The notes under the pieces are model-generated. The model was not told the DNA's origin. It did no database searches and was given only the letters and a program-made list of their open reading frames with translations. 64,000 nucleotides of DNA. Source: the human T2T-CHM13v2.0 reference genome, Homo sapiens. A program made the translations under genes and the position numbers. Location: NCBI RefSeq assembly GCF_009914755.1, contig NC_060936.1. One strand, given 5' to 3'. Shown piece by piece: positions 27,844 to 42,450 of this stretch (position 1 is the stretch's first letter; each line of letters starts with the position of its first letter).

Positions 27844-30800
27844 CTTTGATGTAGGCATTTAGGGCTATGAACTTTCCTCTTAGCATCACCTTTGCTGTAA
27901 CCCAGAGGTTTTGATAGGTTGTGTCATTATCATTCAGTTCGAAGAATTTTTAAATTTCCATGTTGATGTCATTTTTGGCCCAACGCTCATTCAGGAGCAG
28001 GTTATTTAATTTCCATGTATTTGCATGGTTTTGAAAGTTCCTTTTGGAGTTGATTTCCAGTTTTATTCCACTGTGATTTGAAAGAGTGCTTAATATAATT
28101 TTAATTTTCTTAAACTTATTGAGGCTCATTTTATGGCCTATCATATGCTCTATCTTGGAGACAGTTCCATGTGCTGCTGAATAGAATGTGCATTCTGCAC
28201 TTGTTGGATGAAATGTTCTATATGTATCTGTTAAGTCCATTTGTTCCAAGGTATAGTTTAAATCCACTGTTTCTTTGTTGACTTTTTGTCTTGATGACCT
28301 GTCTAGTGCTGTCAGTGGAGTACTGAAGTCTCCCACTATTATTGTGTTGCTGTCTATCTCATTTCTTAGGTCTATTAGTAATTGTTTTATAAATTCGGAG
28401 CTCCAGTGTTAGGTGCACATGTTTAGGATTGTGATATTTTACTGTTGGACAAGGCCTTTTACCATTATATACTGTCCCTCTTTGTCTCTTTGAACTGCTA
28501 TTGCTTTAAAGTTTGTTTTGTCTGATATAAGAATAGCTACCCCCTGCTTGCTTTTGGTGTCCATTTGCATGAAATGCCATTTTCTACCCCTTTAAGTTTA
28601 TGTGGGTCCTTATGTGTTAGGTGAGTCTCCTGAAAGCGGCAGATAGTTGGTCTGTGAGTTCTTATCCATTCTGCAGTTCTGTATCTTTTAAGTGGAGCAT
28701 TTAGGTCATTTACATTCAATGTTTGTATTGAAATGTGAGGTACTGTTGCTTTCATCATGCTCTTTCTTGCCTGGGTACTTTGGTTTTTGTTTTCTGTTTT
28801 TTCTTTTTAATGTGCATTTTTGTTTTATAGGTGCTGTGTGATTTTTGCTTTAAAGAGTTTCTGTTTTGAGGTGTTTCCAGGATTTGTTTCAAGATTTAGA
28901 GCTCCGTTTAGCAGTTCTTGTAGTGGTGGTTTGGTAATGACAAATTCTCTCAGCATTTGTTTGTCTGAAAATGACTGTATCCTTCCTTCATATATGATGC
29001 TTAGTTTCTCTGGAAACAAAATTCTTGGCTGATAATTTTATTTGAGGAGGCTGAAGATGGGTCCTCAATCCTTTCTAGCTGGTAGGGTTTCTGCTGAGAA
29101 ATCTGCTGTTCATCTGATAGGTTTTCTTTTATAGGTTACCTGGTGTTTCTGTCTCACAGCTCTTAAGATTCTTTCCTTCATCTTAACTTTGGGTAACCTG
29201 ATAATGTGCCTAGGTGAAGGTCTTTTTGTGATGAATTTTCCAGGTGTTCTTTGTGCCTCTTGTATTTGGATGTCTAGGTCTCTAGCAAGGCTGGGGAAGT
29301 TTTCCTCGATTATTCCCCCAAATATGTTTTCCAGGCTTTTAGAATTCTCTTCTCAGCTATGCCGATTATTCTTAGGTTTGGTCATTTAACATAATCCCAG
29401 ACTTCTTATAGGCTTTGTTCATATTTTCTTATTTTTTTTCTTTGTCTTTGTTGGATTGGATTAATTCAAAGACCATGTCATTGAGCTCTGAATTTCTTTC
29501 TTCTACTTGTTCAATTCTGTTTCTGACACTTCCCAGAGCATTTTGCATTTCTAAAAGTGTGTCCAAAGTTTCCTGAATTTTTTATTGTTTTTCTTTAAGC
29601 TATCTATTCCCATGAATATTTCTCCCTTCACTTCTTGTATCATTTTTTGGATTTCCTTGCAGTGGGCTTTGCTCTTCTCTGGTCCCTCCCTGATTAGCTT
29701 AATAACTAACCTCCTGAATTATTTTTCAGGTAAATCAGGGATTTCTTCTTGGTTTGCATCCACTGCTGGTGAATTAGCGTGATTTTTTGGGGGGGGGGTG
29801 TTGAAGAGACTTGTTTTGTCATATAGCCATGGTTGGCCTTCTGGTTCCTTCTTATTTGGGTAGGATCAGTCAGAGGGAAGGTCTAGGGCTGAAGGCTGTC
29901 GTTCAGATTCTTTTGTCCCACAGGGTGTTCCCTTGATGTAATACTCTCCCCCTTTTCCTATGGATGTGGCTTCCTATGAGCTGAACTGCAGTGTTTGTTG
30001 TCTCTCTTCTGGGTCTAGCCACGCAGCGAGTCTACCTGGCTCCAGGCTGGTATTGCAGGTTGTCTACACAGAGTCCTGTGATGTGAACCGCCTATGGGTC
30101 TCTCAGCAGTGGATACCAGCGCCTGTTCCAGTGGAGGTTGTGGGGAGCAGGTTGCAATGGACCCCATGAGGGTTTTTAATTTTGGTGGTTTAACGCTCTA
30201 TTTTTGTGCTGGTTGGCTTCCTGCCATTAGGTGGAACTTTCCAGAAAGCATCAGCTGTAGTAGTGTGGAGAGGGACTGGCAGTGGGCAGAGCCCTAGAAC
30301 TCCCAAGATTATATGTCCTTTGTCTTCCACTACCAGGATGGATAGGAAAGGACCATGAAGTAGGGGCGAGACTAGGCATGTCTGAGCTCAAACTCTCCTT
30401 GGGCGGGTCTTGCTGTGGCTGCTGTGGGGGTTGAGGGTGAGATTCCCAGGTCATTGGAGTTGTGTACCTAGGAGGATTATGGCTCCCTCTGCTGAGTCAT
30501 GCAGATTGTCAGGGAAGTGGGTGAAAGCTGGCAGTCACAGGCCTCACCCAACTCTCACGCAAACGGAAGAGCCGGTCTCACTCCCACCATGTTCCCGCAA
30601 CAGCCCCAAGTCTGTTTCCAGGCGGAGGGCGAGATGGGCTTGAAAATTTGCCCAAGGCTGTCCGCCTCCCAGTTGTGAAAGAAAAGGGCTTTAGTTTTTC
30701 CCCCGGCCTGTGAAGTATGAACGCCCCATTTGCGTCCTCCCTTATGGCCAGGAGGCTTCTTGCCCCATTCAAATTGTTACCAAGTTCAGCTACAGAATTT

Positions 30801-30965
30801 CTTCTCCCTGTGGACTTTTACCCCCTGCTCCTCTGGCCACTCTCCTGATGGATCACCGTGGTGCCAGGCAGGAATGGGCTGCTTGGGATCCAGCAAGCTC
30901 CCAGGGCCTTTCTGCTGCTTCCTCTATCCGCTTATTTCACTTGCCTGTCTAACTTGACTCAGCTC
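27844..30965 (-). mobile_element. L1PB 5' part (ORF2 endonuclease region, ORF1, 5'UTR), disrupted
   Basis: ORFs 27950-28336 (GDFSTPL...LSNHSGIKLE) and 28537-28758 (TLNVN.LNAPLKR) are endonuclease; 28825-29019 is ORF1 C-terminus. Confidence 0.9.
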
Positions 30966-31505
30966 TCTAACTTGACTCAGCTTCTATTACTCTGAGTTAA
31001 TAGAAGACAGAAAAGTAAGAAGAGGAAATAAAGCTGGCAATATTACTCTGCAAGGAGAGTGGCTAAAAAGTAAAAGACCAAATGCCCCAGAGAAGATTCC
31101 CCCACAGTTCTCTTTATCCGAAGCAAACTCAAAAGCTTAAACTCTGGATTTTCTTTCCCCCTTTACTACTGTTTTTCTGTGTAACCTTAAAAGAGAGTCA
31201 TTTAACCACTTGGTCTTCTTAGGTAAAAATCTGATACCTTTCATTCATCCAAGACAGACTGATTATCTGCTTATCAGAATATACCAAAATATAGTTTACT
31301 TCAAGTTCCCCAAAAAAGAAAGATGTTATCAAACCCACATAGAACTTAGTGTTTTCTTTCTCACTACCTACGTACACCTTTCCTCCTCCAAACATGAACA
31401 CATGTATTTAGGTTGTGGTAATGATAATGTGGGAAGTGTCTATTTATTAATAGTCATCAGATAAATATTTCTTAGATTGAACATGGAACATCTTTGATAT
31501 TATAA

Positions 31506-31839
<334 letters not shown>

Positions 31840-34800
31840 GAGAATTTCTTGAATTTACTTTAACCATCATCATCTTCATCTATCACTCCTCTTCTTTATT
31901 TTGACACATGCAGAAATATTTTATTGGTCTATGAGATACAGTGCAATGATACTAACACCCTTATATTAGGAAAGTTAGTACTCCATTTTCTCTACTCTTT
32001 CTCTCCTATGAATAAAGGAAAATAATCAATTCAGTTGCATGTTGAAATTATTAGGATGAGAGTCATATTATAAAAAAAAATTGCCTCATCTAAAAGTGAA
32101 ATGTAATGTCTGAAATATGTAAGTTTTAAGAACTTACAAGTCCTCCATTCGGTAGGGAAGAGGATGAGAATGTATGGGTTGGGATATAAAGAAACATAAG
32201 TTATCATACAAATAAAAGATATATATCTATATATATGATATACTGTCTATAGATAAATATGGTAAAGGAAAAGAAAATCAAGTATTTCAAGAAGAAAATC
32301 TATTTTGTCAAATGTGACAGAATAGTAAATAGGTCAAGGGAATAGGAATAAAGGATTCTTTGAGGGAGAAGATAAAAAACTAAACACAGTAAGATTATAT
32401 AACACAACTGTGAGGATGATTTATCTTTTAATGTATTTGTTTAATATTATCTTTCCGTATAATCTTTCTATAAACTCACCTTGGTGAGAAATAGAATTCA
32501 AAATACCTTATATTTCCATTCACTCAGATTTTGAGGTAAACGACAGAATTTTCAAAAACGTATTTCAACTTCTACACATTATTAGGGTTGAATTAAAATA
32601 AAGAAAAGCATTAACTGCTTTATTTCCCACTTAAAAGGGAAGAAGCTGGAAAAAAAGAGTAAAATTTTATATACATAAACATATGTGTTATATGTAATAA
32701 AATATCCATAGAAAAGATATTCTGAATTAACAAAGTAACACAAAATAAAAGGCATAATTAAAATTTCTACTAAAAATACAAAAAGTAAATTACTAGACTC
32801 TAATAGATTATTTTAAATCAGAAACAAAGTTTATGATAGTATTTCCTTAATCTTGAGAATAATGGAAAAAGATACATACATATACACACACAAATAAAGA
32901 CTAGAGAGAGCAGGAGAAAACACATTACATGAGAGTCCCAGATTAGTTGTTTTTTATGCAGACAGTAAACAGTATTACAGTGTATCATAATGACACTGAC
33001 TTACACTAAATTTTATGGGCTTATAATATGAATGTCTGAAATTATGTACTGTGAATAAACAACAGTTACTCAGCATAGGTATTGTATTATTTTAATGTCT
33101 AATCCTTTAACCTCTAGACATGAACATATTAATTTATGCAGGAAGTTGATTAGCTGTTTTACATCATGTAGACACAGTCTAAGTTCAGCCATCATTTACT
33201 TTATTTTATTCTTCCTGTTTTCCAGGATTGATAATCAAATGCAAACAAAAGCTCTATGACAACACTACCTATATCATGTGCAGTTTATGATAAGCAAAGT
33301 GCATCTATCATAAATATTAGAGAATATCAGGATCCTTATATCACTTGATCTTCAGGAAAAAAGTGAGGCTTTGGAGAAATGAATGTTTTATTAAAATTTG
33401 ACAGCATCAATCAGCTCAATTTACACTAGCTACTGCTAATGGATTATGACAGTCATTTCAAACTAGGAATACACTGGCCCCAGTCACTACCCATAAACTA
33501 GAGTTGGCTCTGTTTGTGATACCAGTTTTAAGTGAAAACAAAAAAAATACAAGAAAAATCCTTCACTTTCTATGCTTTTATACTTGTCAAGTTTAAATGC
33601 TTAGGAAAAAAAGCATAACAAACAAAACATATTTTCAAAACCAGAACAAATATTAGGTTGGTCAACTAACGAATTCACATAGGATTATTAAAGGATTTAA
33701 TTATTTGATGCTTGGTCCTAGCCTAGCTGCAATTCTATACTTCCACCAGACTGCAGAAGGTGGACACATCTCAGAACAAGTCATGATGTGCCAAATTCAG
33801 AGAACAAGCAATCAAACGTGCCTGGCACTAGACCAACAGATGGGCCTTAATAGAGCTGGTAAAGGTGAGAAAAAATGAAAGTTAATGTCAGAGAGAAGCA
33901 GGAGAGAACAAAATATTGAACATGTAGTCTCGAAAGTTGAAGTTCAACAGGGATTATGATTAAAGTCAAATCCACAAAGTGTGTGAATGTATAGAAAATG
34001 GAGTTTCTCAACAAATCTTGATTTAATATACTGGCTCATTGGGTCCTAATCCTTCTTTTTTAAAAATATTTTAATCAATTCACTCTTCTCAAACAGTCAC
34101 TAAATAACTCATCATATCTCAAGTAATTAAAAAAAATCAAGAGTCTCAAATACAAATGGTTTACCAGAGAAAATTTAATTTTACATAATTTGTATTTTCT
34201 TAATGAAAAAAATTCAATCAATAGGCAGGGAGTGGGGAGGACTTCTAAGATGTGGCAGCTTTTAATCTAACAATATGTGCCCTGGGAAAGCACATAACCT
34301 TCTCTAAACTGTATTTTATGATTTAGGATCTTAAAAGTCTACTCTGTAGAGAATTGAGAGAGTCCTGTATGGCCCTTATCATAGTTTGAAATCTTATATT
34401 TAACTGTGAGTTTATTTAATGTGTGCTTCCTCTACCAGCCTGTACATCCATGAGGACAAGACCCAGGTCTATTTTAGTTACTGCTGTAGGTCTAGTGCAA
34501 CAGAGGCCCTCAAAAATGGGTTTAATACTGAATGAGGGAAACCTAGTAGAGCCCTTAATATTTAGTCCTTCCCACCCTCAGCACACATACAGCTTTGGGA
34601 ATTACTCTTAAAATTAGAGAACAGGGAATTTTTCTGTATTCCTCACTCTCCTTCCCACTCAATCTCCCCTCTACCATACTCTGGTTATAATAAACGTACT
34701 TCTACTAATGTCCTTATCACATTGCACTGTAGTAGACTGCACCAAAAAGAAATGAATTAGTTATCTGTGTGCCCATAATCTCTGGCAATGCCAGGTGATT

Positions 34801-35099
34801 TCCTTCTATTTTGCTTTCCAACCAGCATCAAGAAATGGCTTAGAAAAAATGACACATTTAAGCTCAGAATACAAGGAGGTATTGGATGGCGTAAAAGAGA
34901 AATTTTATGGAATCAAATAAAGCCAATCATATAACAAACAAAATAAATCACCTTTATCTAGTAACAAATTACTGGAATTAAAAAATTGTAAAGTCAGTAT
35001 CTCCCAAAAGGAGAATTCATACATTTAATCAGAACAAATCACTGAGTCTAGTATTTACATGAAATACTTTTCACTATTTCACATAAAATAATCCTTTCA

Positions 35100-35279
<180 letters not shown>

Positions 35280-37884
35280 CTATTATTTTTAGCTCTCATA
35301 GTAATTATTCCCAATAGGACAAATTTTCCTAAATCTTCATGAAATCAACATGACTGGGCATTTTAAATCAGAACAACTCTATTTTTACAGAAATCTGGGT
35401 ACAATATTTTATTTTGCAAACAGATAGTGTTTTTGTTTTTGTTTTTAGTTTGAACTGTAAAAGCGACAAGAGATAATTTAAGTTTAAGCAATTTATGGGT
35501 ACTAGAAGACCTATATAACTAAAACTGTCAAATTAGTCTTCCTTAAATCCCTACAAGCTCTAGAGATTAACCACTTCCTTTGTTCTTCAACTTTCTTGTC
35601 AATTAAGTATTATTTAAAATCCATCCATGTGGGACTACTTAAAAGTCACTGGCAAAATTGCTTTAATCAACCGTAAGAAAAGCATTCATTAAGAAGAATT
35701 AAAGAACAAAATTCATGTTATTTTACTAAAGTTACAGAATTTGGGCATGATGTCAGCCTTGGTTATAGCTACAATGGAGATTATTAATAAAAGTTACCAA
35801 AAAGTTAATAAAGAAAAACAATTAATACCTATTATCTATAGATGTGTGTATGTGTGTGTACGTGTGTGTGTGTGTGTATTTCTAAATTTTGAATAGTCCC
35901 TTAAGAGGCAATCAATGATTATTTTAAAATACAAATGAACTTTCAAAATGGCAGAGATACTTTGGTCTTTATCTGAACTCTGGATCAGTTCTGGAAAGCT
36001 GTAAATCTGAACCACTGAGTCCTTAAGTAGGTTGACTAACCTTATTGATGCCTGTTGTCAGGGCATAATTACTAAAAGTGGCCCTTCCAGCCTCATAAGT
36101 GTTTCAGTTACAATGTCACCTTAGCTTTAAGAGGCATTCTATATGGTGTCCTTAATGGAGCTAGAGTCAACTCCCAGGACCTATGGTATTCCCGCTGTTA
36201 GAAGAGATGGCCTGGGATCACTGCAATGCTAACTGCTTAATTAGAGTCCAAGTTTTGTTAATGAACTCTAAACCAAGTCCAGTAAATTAAAATCCAAAGA
36301 AGTCTAACTATTTCAGGATCTTTTGAAAATCTAATATTCAAATTCACAAAAATGGAATACAATATGTATGTTGTCTCAGCAATAAAAGTTAGTATGGGAC
36401 GTCAAGCCAGGGCATTAATTAGAATGAAATATTATAGGGGTGAGAATATTCTATTCCTACATGGATATAAGTATAATCATAAAACTTGAGTTATTGCAAA
36501 TGATTTTGTTTCTAAATGGCAAGAGAGGGAATAGATTAATTTAGAGAAGCGTTGATGGTCATTCAAAGCTAAATGTAGTGACGATCCATTTAGAAAGCAG
36601 ACTGAGGGTATTATAAATGTCAAATTGCCTTAGATTCGAGCAAAGCAGTATTAAAGCCTAATATATCAGAAAGACTGTGTGAAACAGGTGAATTTTGAGA
36701 GTTTGATTGTAACAATGCTGAAATATATCTGGATCAGCAACCTGAAAGATAGGCAGGCTCATCTGCAAATACAGATACCTGCAAGTGACCCACAAAATAG
36801 GCAAGGCACTACCTTTCCTTTAATCAAAACTTTCAAATAAAAATAATAACATTTACCTTGTATATCATGATTTTTTTTTAAAAAAAGACAACAAAACAAA
36901 AACAAACAAAAGCCCTTTCTCAGATGAGAAATTAGTCTTTCCTAATGCAAGAAGTCTATTATAATCTTTGGAAAGATGCATCTACTTTCACTATTAAACT
37001 GTATCATGATTTGATGGTCAGGCTAGGTAATAATGATTTTGGAGAACAGAAATACAGAACATTATGACAAATTAGGACCAAAGTTTGACTTGCCATAAAA
37101 ACAAGAGATAAGCTATTGCATAAACATCACATATTTCCTAGTTTTTTAAAATCTGGATTTTATATTTTCTCTTGATTTGGATTTCCTGTTAAAAATAAAT
37201 GATGGTAGTTCCTTTATTAGACTGCATTTTTTAATGGATAAATTTTGGTCCCAGCAGCTGCACATCTGATTATGCATAAACAAAATTAAAGAATTTCCTT
37301 TCATTAAAATTATGAACCTAGCTTTATTAGGCAGTAAAACTTCCTTTACAAATGAAAACCATCATTAATCTTTATATCACAGAATCTATGAGGCAGAAGA
37401 AAAAAATCAAGTACATTAATTGGCTGAATGTTCATAAGTGAACATTTAAAATGTCATGCTCTACTTAAAACATTTCTTTTGCTTTTGTAATTAAAAATGT
37501 TTTGTGCATACAAACATTTCACATTTAATTTTATTTTAAATGTTTATCTTTCAAACACAGAAATTCTCACATTATAAAAACTAAAACCTTTAACCAACTA
37601 GATTAGAAATAAAAGACCTAAAATATAACCCATAGTAAAGCAGTAGATTCAAGATCCCAAAATGAGCTCATCCCTCTTCCTTCACTCTGAACACCTCATA
37701 CTACCAAGTTGCTAAGTAACTTGCATAAGGTTGTCCAGGTGGCAGAGGCTCCAGCAGCAGGGATGAAAAAGAGTCCCACAAGGGCAGCCACTTTTGTGGA
37801 TGATAGGTTGTCTGTGAACCTAGCCTACAGAAGGTTTTCTAAGTATGATTAAAAATGCACTAAAAGCCAGTTTGTATAAAATTC

Positions 37885-40360
37885 CAGCTCTTGACTTTCA
37901 TTTCCAGCTAAGACAGAATAATGGCTATCAGCTTTCCCTTTCTACATGAATCAACTAGAAAGCCATGCAAAAATGCATGAAACAACAGTTCTCATGCTAG
38001 CGGATAACAGGCAATGAAGCAAAGTGATACCTGAGATTTGGGAAACAAATGAGGCGAACCCTGTAACTGTCCCCAGCTCAATATCTCAAAAAAGTTTCCA
38101 GGCTGCAGCACAGGGCAGGTAAACCAGGCAGACCTTGGTGTTTCCTTGAGTTGAAAAGATGCAGCTCAGAATACAGAGATGCCAAGGGGGCTAGAATTCA
38201 GATGGCAGAGGACCCAGGGAGGATAGATTCAGAGAGGGAGGAGGAGAACTCTGGAGATCTTCAGAATTTCCCTTGAGTATTCAGTTGAGTACTGATCAGT
38301 GTAGGTGTGTGAGGAAACAACCCAAGACAGGGGAAAGAGCTACTGGAAAGGGTTAGAGAAATCAATTCCAGGAGCTCAAACAGGGCTGGGGATAGTGCCT
38401 GTTCCTACGAACCAGAGTGAAAAATCTGAAGCATACAAAAGAGTATTTAGAAGGGATATACCTTAATAATGGTGTAAGTTTAGTCCTAGATTAAACATTA
38501 CTTGAATGCCATCTAAAACAGCATAAAAGCAAGACTCAACTGCTTCTAAGCAGCTTAATGGTATCCGAGAACAAAACTCAATGAGATAAAATTTTATAAT
38601 GTGGACATAAAATAAAAAATAACTAAGAATGCACAAAGGCAGGAAAATACAATTTGTAAAGATAACGGGACCAATTCATCAAGAGAATATAACAATCCTA
38701 AACGTGTATGCACTTACTGAGAGCTTCAAAATATTAATACTTGAAAGAAAAACTGACACAACAGAAAAGGGAAATTGAAAAACCTACAATTGTACTCTCA
38801 TATTTCATCACTCTCAGTAACCGACAGAACAAGTATCCTGAAATTCACCAAGGATATAGAAGACTCCAAGAACACTATCAACAAACTTGACCTAATAAGT
38901 GACATTTAAACCACATTCCACCAAATAAGAGCAGGATATGCATTCTTAAATTGTATGGTCAATGTCTTAGAATATTTACCTGAGGTAGATTATATTCTGA
39001 GCTCTAAACTAGTCTCAACTCATTTAAAAGGATTCAAGTCATATTAAGAATATCCTGACCATAATGAAATTAACATAGAAATCAGTAACTGAAAGACAAC
39101 TGGAAAACATCCCCCAAATTGGAAACTAAATAACACATTTCTATGAAAATTAGTAAGAATATAAAGCTGAAAGAATCTAAACACATAGCCTATAAAAATT
39201 TGTGGAATGGAGCTAAAGTGTAACAGGTAAAATTACTGCAAGAAATCTCTTAGGAAACCTTCAACCTTAAGAAACCAGAAAAAGACAGACGAGTGAAACC
39301 CAAAGTATGCACACGCTAAAAGTATTACTAAAGATCAAAATGGAAATCCATGAAGTAGAAGAGAGTTGAGAAAAATCCATAAAACCAAAATTGTTTTTTT
39401 AAGACCAATAAAATTGATAAGCTTCATGCCAAGCTATGGTAGGCTAAATAAGGGCCCCTCAAAACATATTCACATCCTAATCCCTGAAACCTGTATTATC
39501 TTAGATGTCAAAAATAAACTTTGTAGGTATAATTAAGTTAAAAATTTTGCGATCGGAAGACAATCCTAGATCATCCGGGTTTTCCCTAAATGCAATCACA
39601 TGTATCCTTATCAGGAGGAGGCTGAGGAAGATTCGAGACAAAAGCAGAGAAGACAAATGCAGAGATTGGACCTATGCAGCCAAAAGCCAAGGAATGACAG
39701 GTGCCCCCAGAAGCTGGAAAAAGGAAGGAAGAGGTTGTCCTCTACGGACTCTGGAGGGGGTGTGGGACAGGAGTGGACACCTGGCCACCACAACTGTGAG
39801 AAAATAAATGTCTACTGCGTTAAGCTACCAAATTTGTAGTAATCTATTATAGTAACCACAGAAAACAAATGCACAGACTATCCAGGAAAAAGCCAGAAAC
39901 ACAAATGACCAATATCAGGAGTAAATGAGGTGAACTCAGGACAGATATTAAAATAATAAGAGTATCATGAACAACTTTATGCCATTAAATTCAGCATCTT
40001 CAATGCAACAGACAAATTCCCTAAAAGATACAATCTTCCAAACTCACTCAAGAAGAAATAGCCTGAGTAGCCAGCCCTATAAGCTATTAAAAATACTGAA
40101 TTTGTTAAAAACGTTCCCCCAAAGAAAACTCTAAGTCCAAATAACTTGACAGAAAGCAGATCAATGGTTGCCTGTGGAGGGAGGAATTACAAAGGGGCAC
40201 CAAGGGAAGTTCTGGGGAGGCAGCAATATGTTCACTTGCATGGTTGTGGTAATGGTTTCATGGTGTTCACATATGCCAGCGTCTCAAATTATATGCTTTA
40301 AATACATGCTTTTTATTGTATGTAAATTATTCCTCAATAGAGCTGCTAAAAATCAACAAC
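37885..40360 (+). mobile_element. Old L1M fragments (5' region, ORF2 endonuclease relic, 3' end)
   Basis: ataacaatcctaaacgtgtatgcac, aaggatatagaagact, gaaagcagatcaatggttgcctg. Confidence 0.75.
39435..39873 (+). mobile_element. MLT1 (B/C/D-type) solo LTR inserted in L1M
   Basis: cacatcctaatccctgaaacctgt, agccaaggaatg, aactgtgagaaaataaat...ttaagc.acc. Confidence 0.85.
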
Positions 40361-41019
40361 AAAAGTAAGAAAAAGCTTCACCAATAATCTAGAGACTTTA
40401 GATGTCAGGAAGGCTGACATGGTGAACTGGATAAGAAAAAAAATTCAATATTCAAAGAGCATGATATTCCCTTAAGTAAGAACACAAGGGGGTTATTAGA
40501 AACAACAATATTTGATCAAACTGAAGTAATGAAGTCTGCTGTGAGACTGCTGAAAGAGAACTGCCAATGATGAAGCCCCCTTAACACCTCTTCAAGGTTT
40601 TTCTTGCTCTTATTCTTCCCTTTCTTTTTGTTTTATTTATTTATGAGTTTTACCTTGTATTAATATTAAAGTTAAGGAGGAAAAAGTGGAACACTTTGTG
40701 ACTAATGGATTACAAGATGCAAACTGTAGGAGGCTTCCCCACTGCTGATAAAGTAAAGATGCCCCTGTGGAGAAAGCAGGGGCCTCACTGGGAGCAAGAT
40801 AATCACTGCTCAGCTTCAAATATTATTCTCCCCACTCCTCAATTTAGGGCCCTATAATTGGGCTACAATCAAGCACAGCAAGATCCCCCAACACCACGAT
40901 CCTTTCCTGAATGCAACCAGAGGCGGCCATTCTCACACAATCACCAAGAGTATTAAGCATTTGCTCAAATCTCAATGGATTATCTAATACTTCAATAACC
41001 CTTCCTGCCTTATGAACAA

Positions 41020-41190
41020 TTTCCTATCATCATCAGAGTCCTGTGAAGTCAGAGAGACCAAGTGTTGCTACCCCCATCTTAGAAAAGAGGAAACTAAACA
41101 CAGAGGGATTAGATAACTCTTCCAAGGTCACAAACTAGTAAGTGTTTAGAGAGAGAACTTGGGCCGACATCTTGTTCATGCCACAAATGC
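41020..41190 (-). mobile_element. MIR
   Basis: cccatcttag...gaggaaact...ccaaggtcacaaactagtaagtg. Confidence 0.7.
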
Positions 41191-42431
41191 CAAGATATTT
41201 TGTATGCCCACTTAAATAAGCTTATTTTTCTTAGCATAAAAAATCAACAACTTATGAACAGTAGAAGTAACACAAAACAAAACTGAAACACTTCCAAGCT
41301 ATAGTAACAAACATACTCTGTGCTCCTTACGACTGCAATTCCTCCATTTCATTTTCTTCATCATTTTCATGGTCCCACCTGCCACTCTATCCAGCCTCAG
41401 TTCCAGATTTATCTACTTCAAGCCACTCATTTCATTCCCACATCCAGGGAGTTCTCCATTCCCACATCCAGGGAGTTGAGCATTGTTTGAGAATAATTAC
41501 AAAAACGAGCCACACTCATTTTGGGACAAATTCAGCATGTCAGGTCCTGCGTGCTATCAGGGGAGCCTTTCACTCATCTCTAACTGGCTCCCAATCATGT
41601 TCTCACAACATTCACTTTAAGCATTCCTCCTCCTTGGACTTCCATTGATTTCTCCTGTCTCTCTGGCCAAGAATCCCCTAGTTCCTTATCATACCTGAAG
41701 CGCTTCCCATGAGCCTACTCCATGCTAGGGACAGAAACGTGAGGAGGCCCAGCCCCTGAGGAGCTCATAATACCAGGATGGGGTCATCCACCAAAACAAA
41801 ACAAGCTATGCCACAATGGTGTAAGTGCTCTAACAGAGGTACATATACAGTATTATGAGATTAAGGCATAAGGAAGGACCCACAAGAGGTATGCCACTCA
41901 GGTACATACAAAACAGAAGTCCTCATTTCTCACCCCAAACTTGTTCTTTACCCCATGTTATCTAATTTCAAAGTAAATCAAGATTCATGGCTTTTGAGTG
42001 CTCCTTCTCTCTTCATATATCCTGAATCTAATACATTGCCAAGTTTTAATCAGAATTAATGTATGTATGCCTAACTTCTTTCCACAAAACATTCGAAAGA
42101 TTTCTTCTGTTCTGCACCTGTACCTCTCTGCCTCCCCACCTTTCTACTGCCTGTCTGGCTGGCATCCATCTCCCAGTGGGACAGTGCACGGCTGTGGAAA
42201 GTGTTCACACAGACCAGTGTTAACATACCAGTCCTACAATGTAGCCACTGTGAGATTCTGTAAGTCTCCATCGCCCCTTCAGTAAAATGGATTTAAGAGT
42301 AGTACTATCCATTTGAGGATTAGAGATAATAAGGTTCCTGGCACATACTATTCATGTGTTCAATAAGAAGCCTAATATGTGGTCTCAACATCCCCAGTCT
42401 CTACCGAATCCAATCCATCCCGCCTCCACAT

Positions 42432-42450
42432 TGCTGCCACCTGTTGGCTA
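42432..42450 (-). promoter_or_regulatory. Candidate CTCF motif
   Basis: Minus strand TAGCCAACAGGTGGCAGCA against consensus CCASYAGRKGGCRS, one mismatch. Confidence 0.45.
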
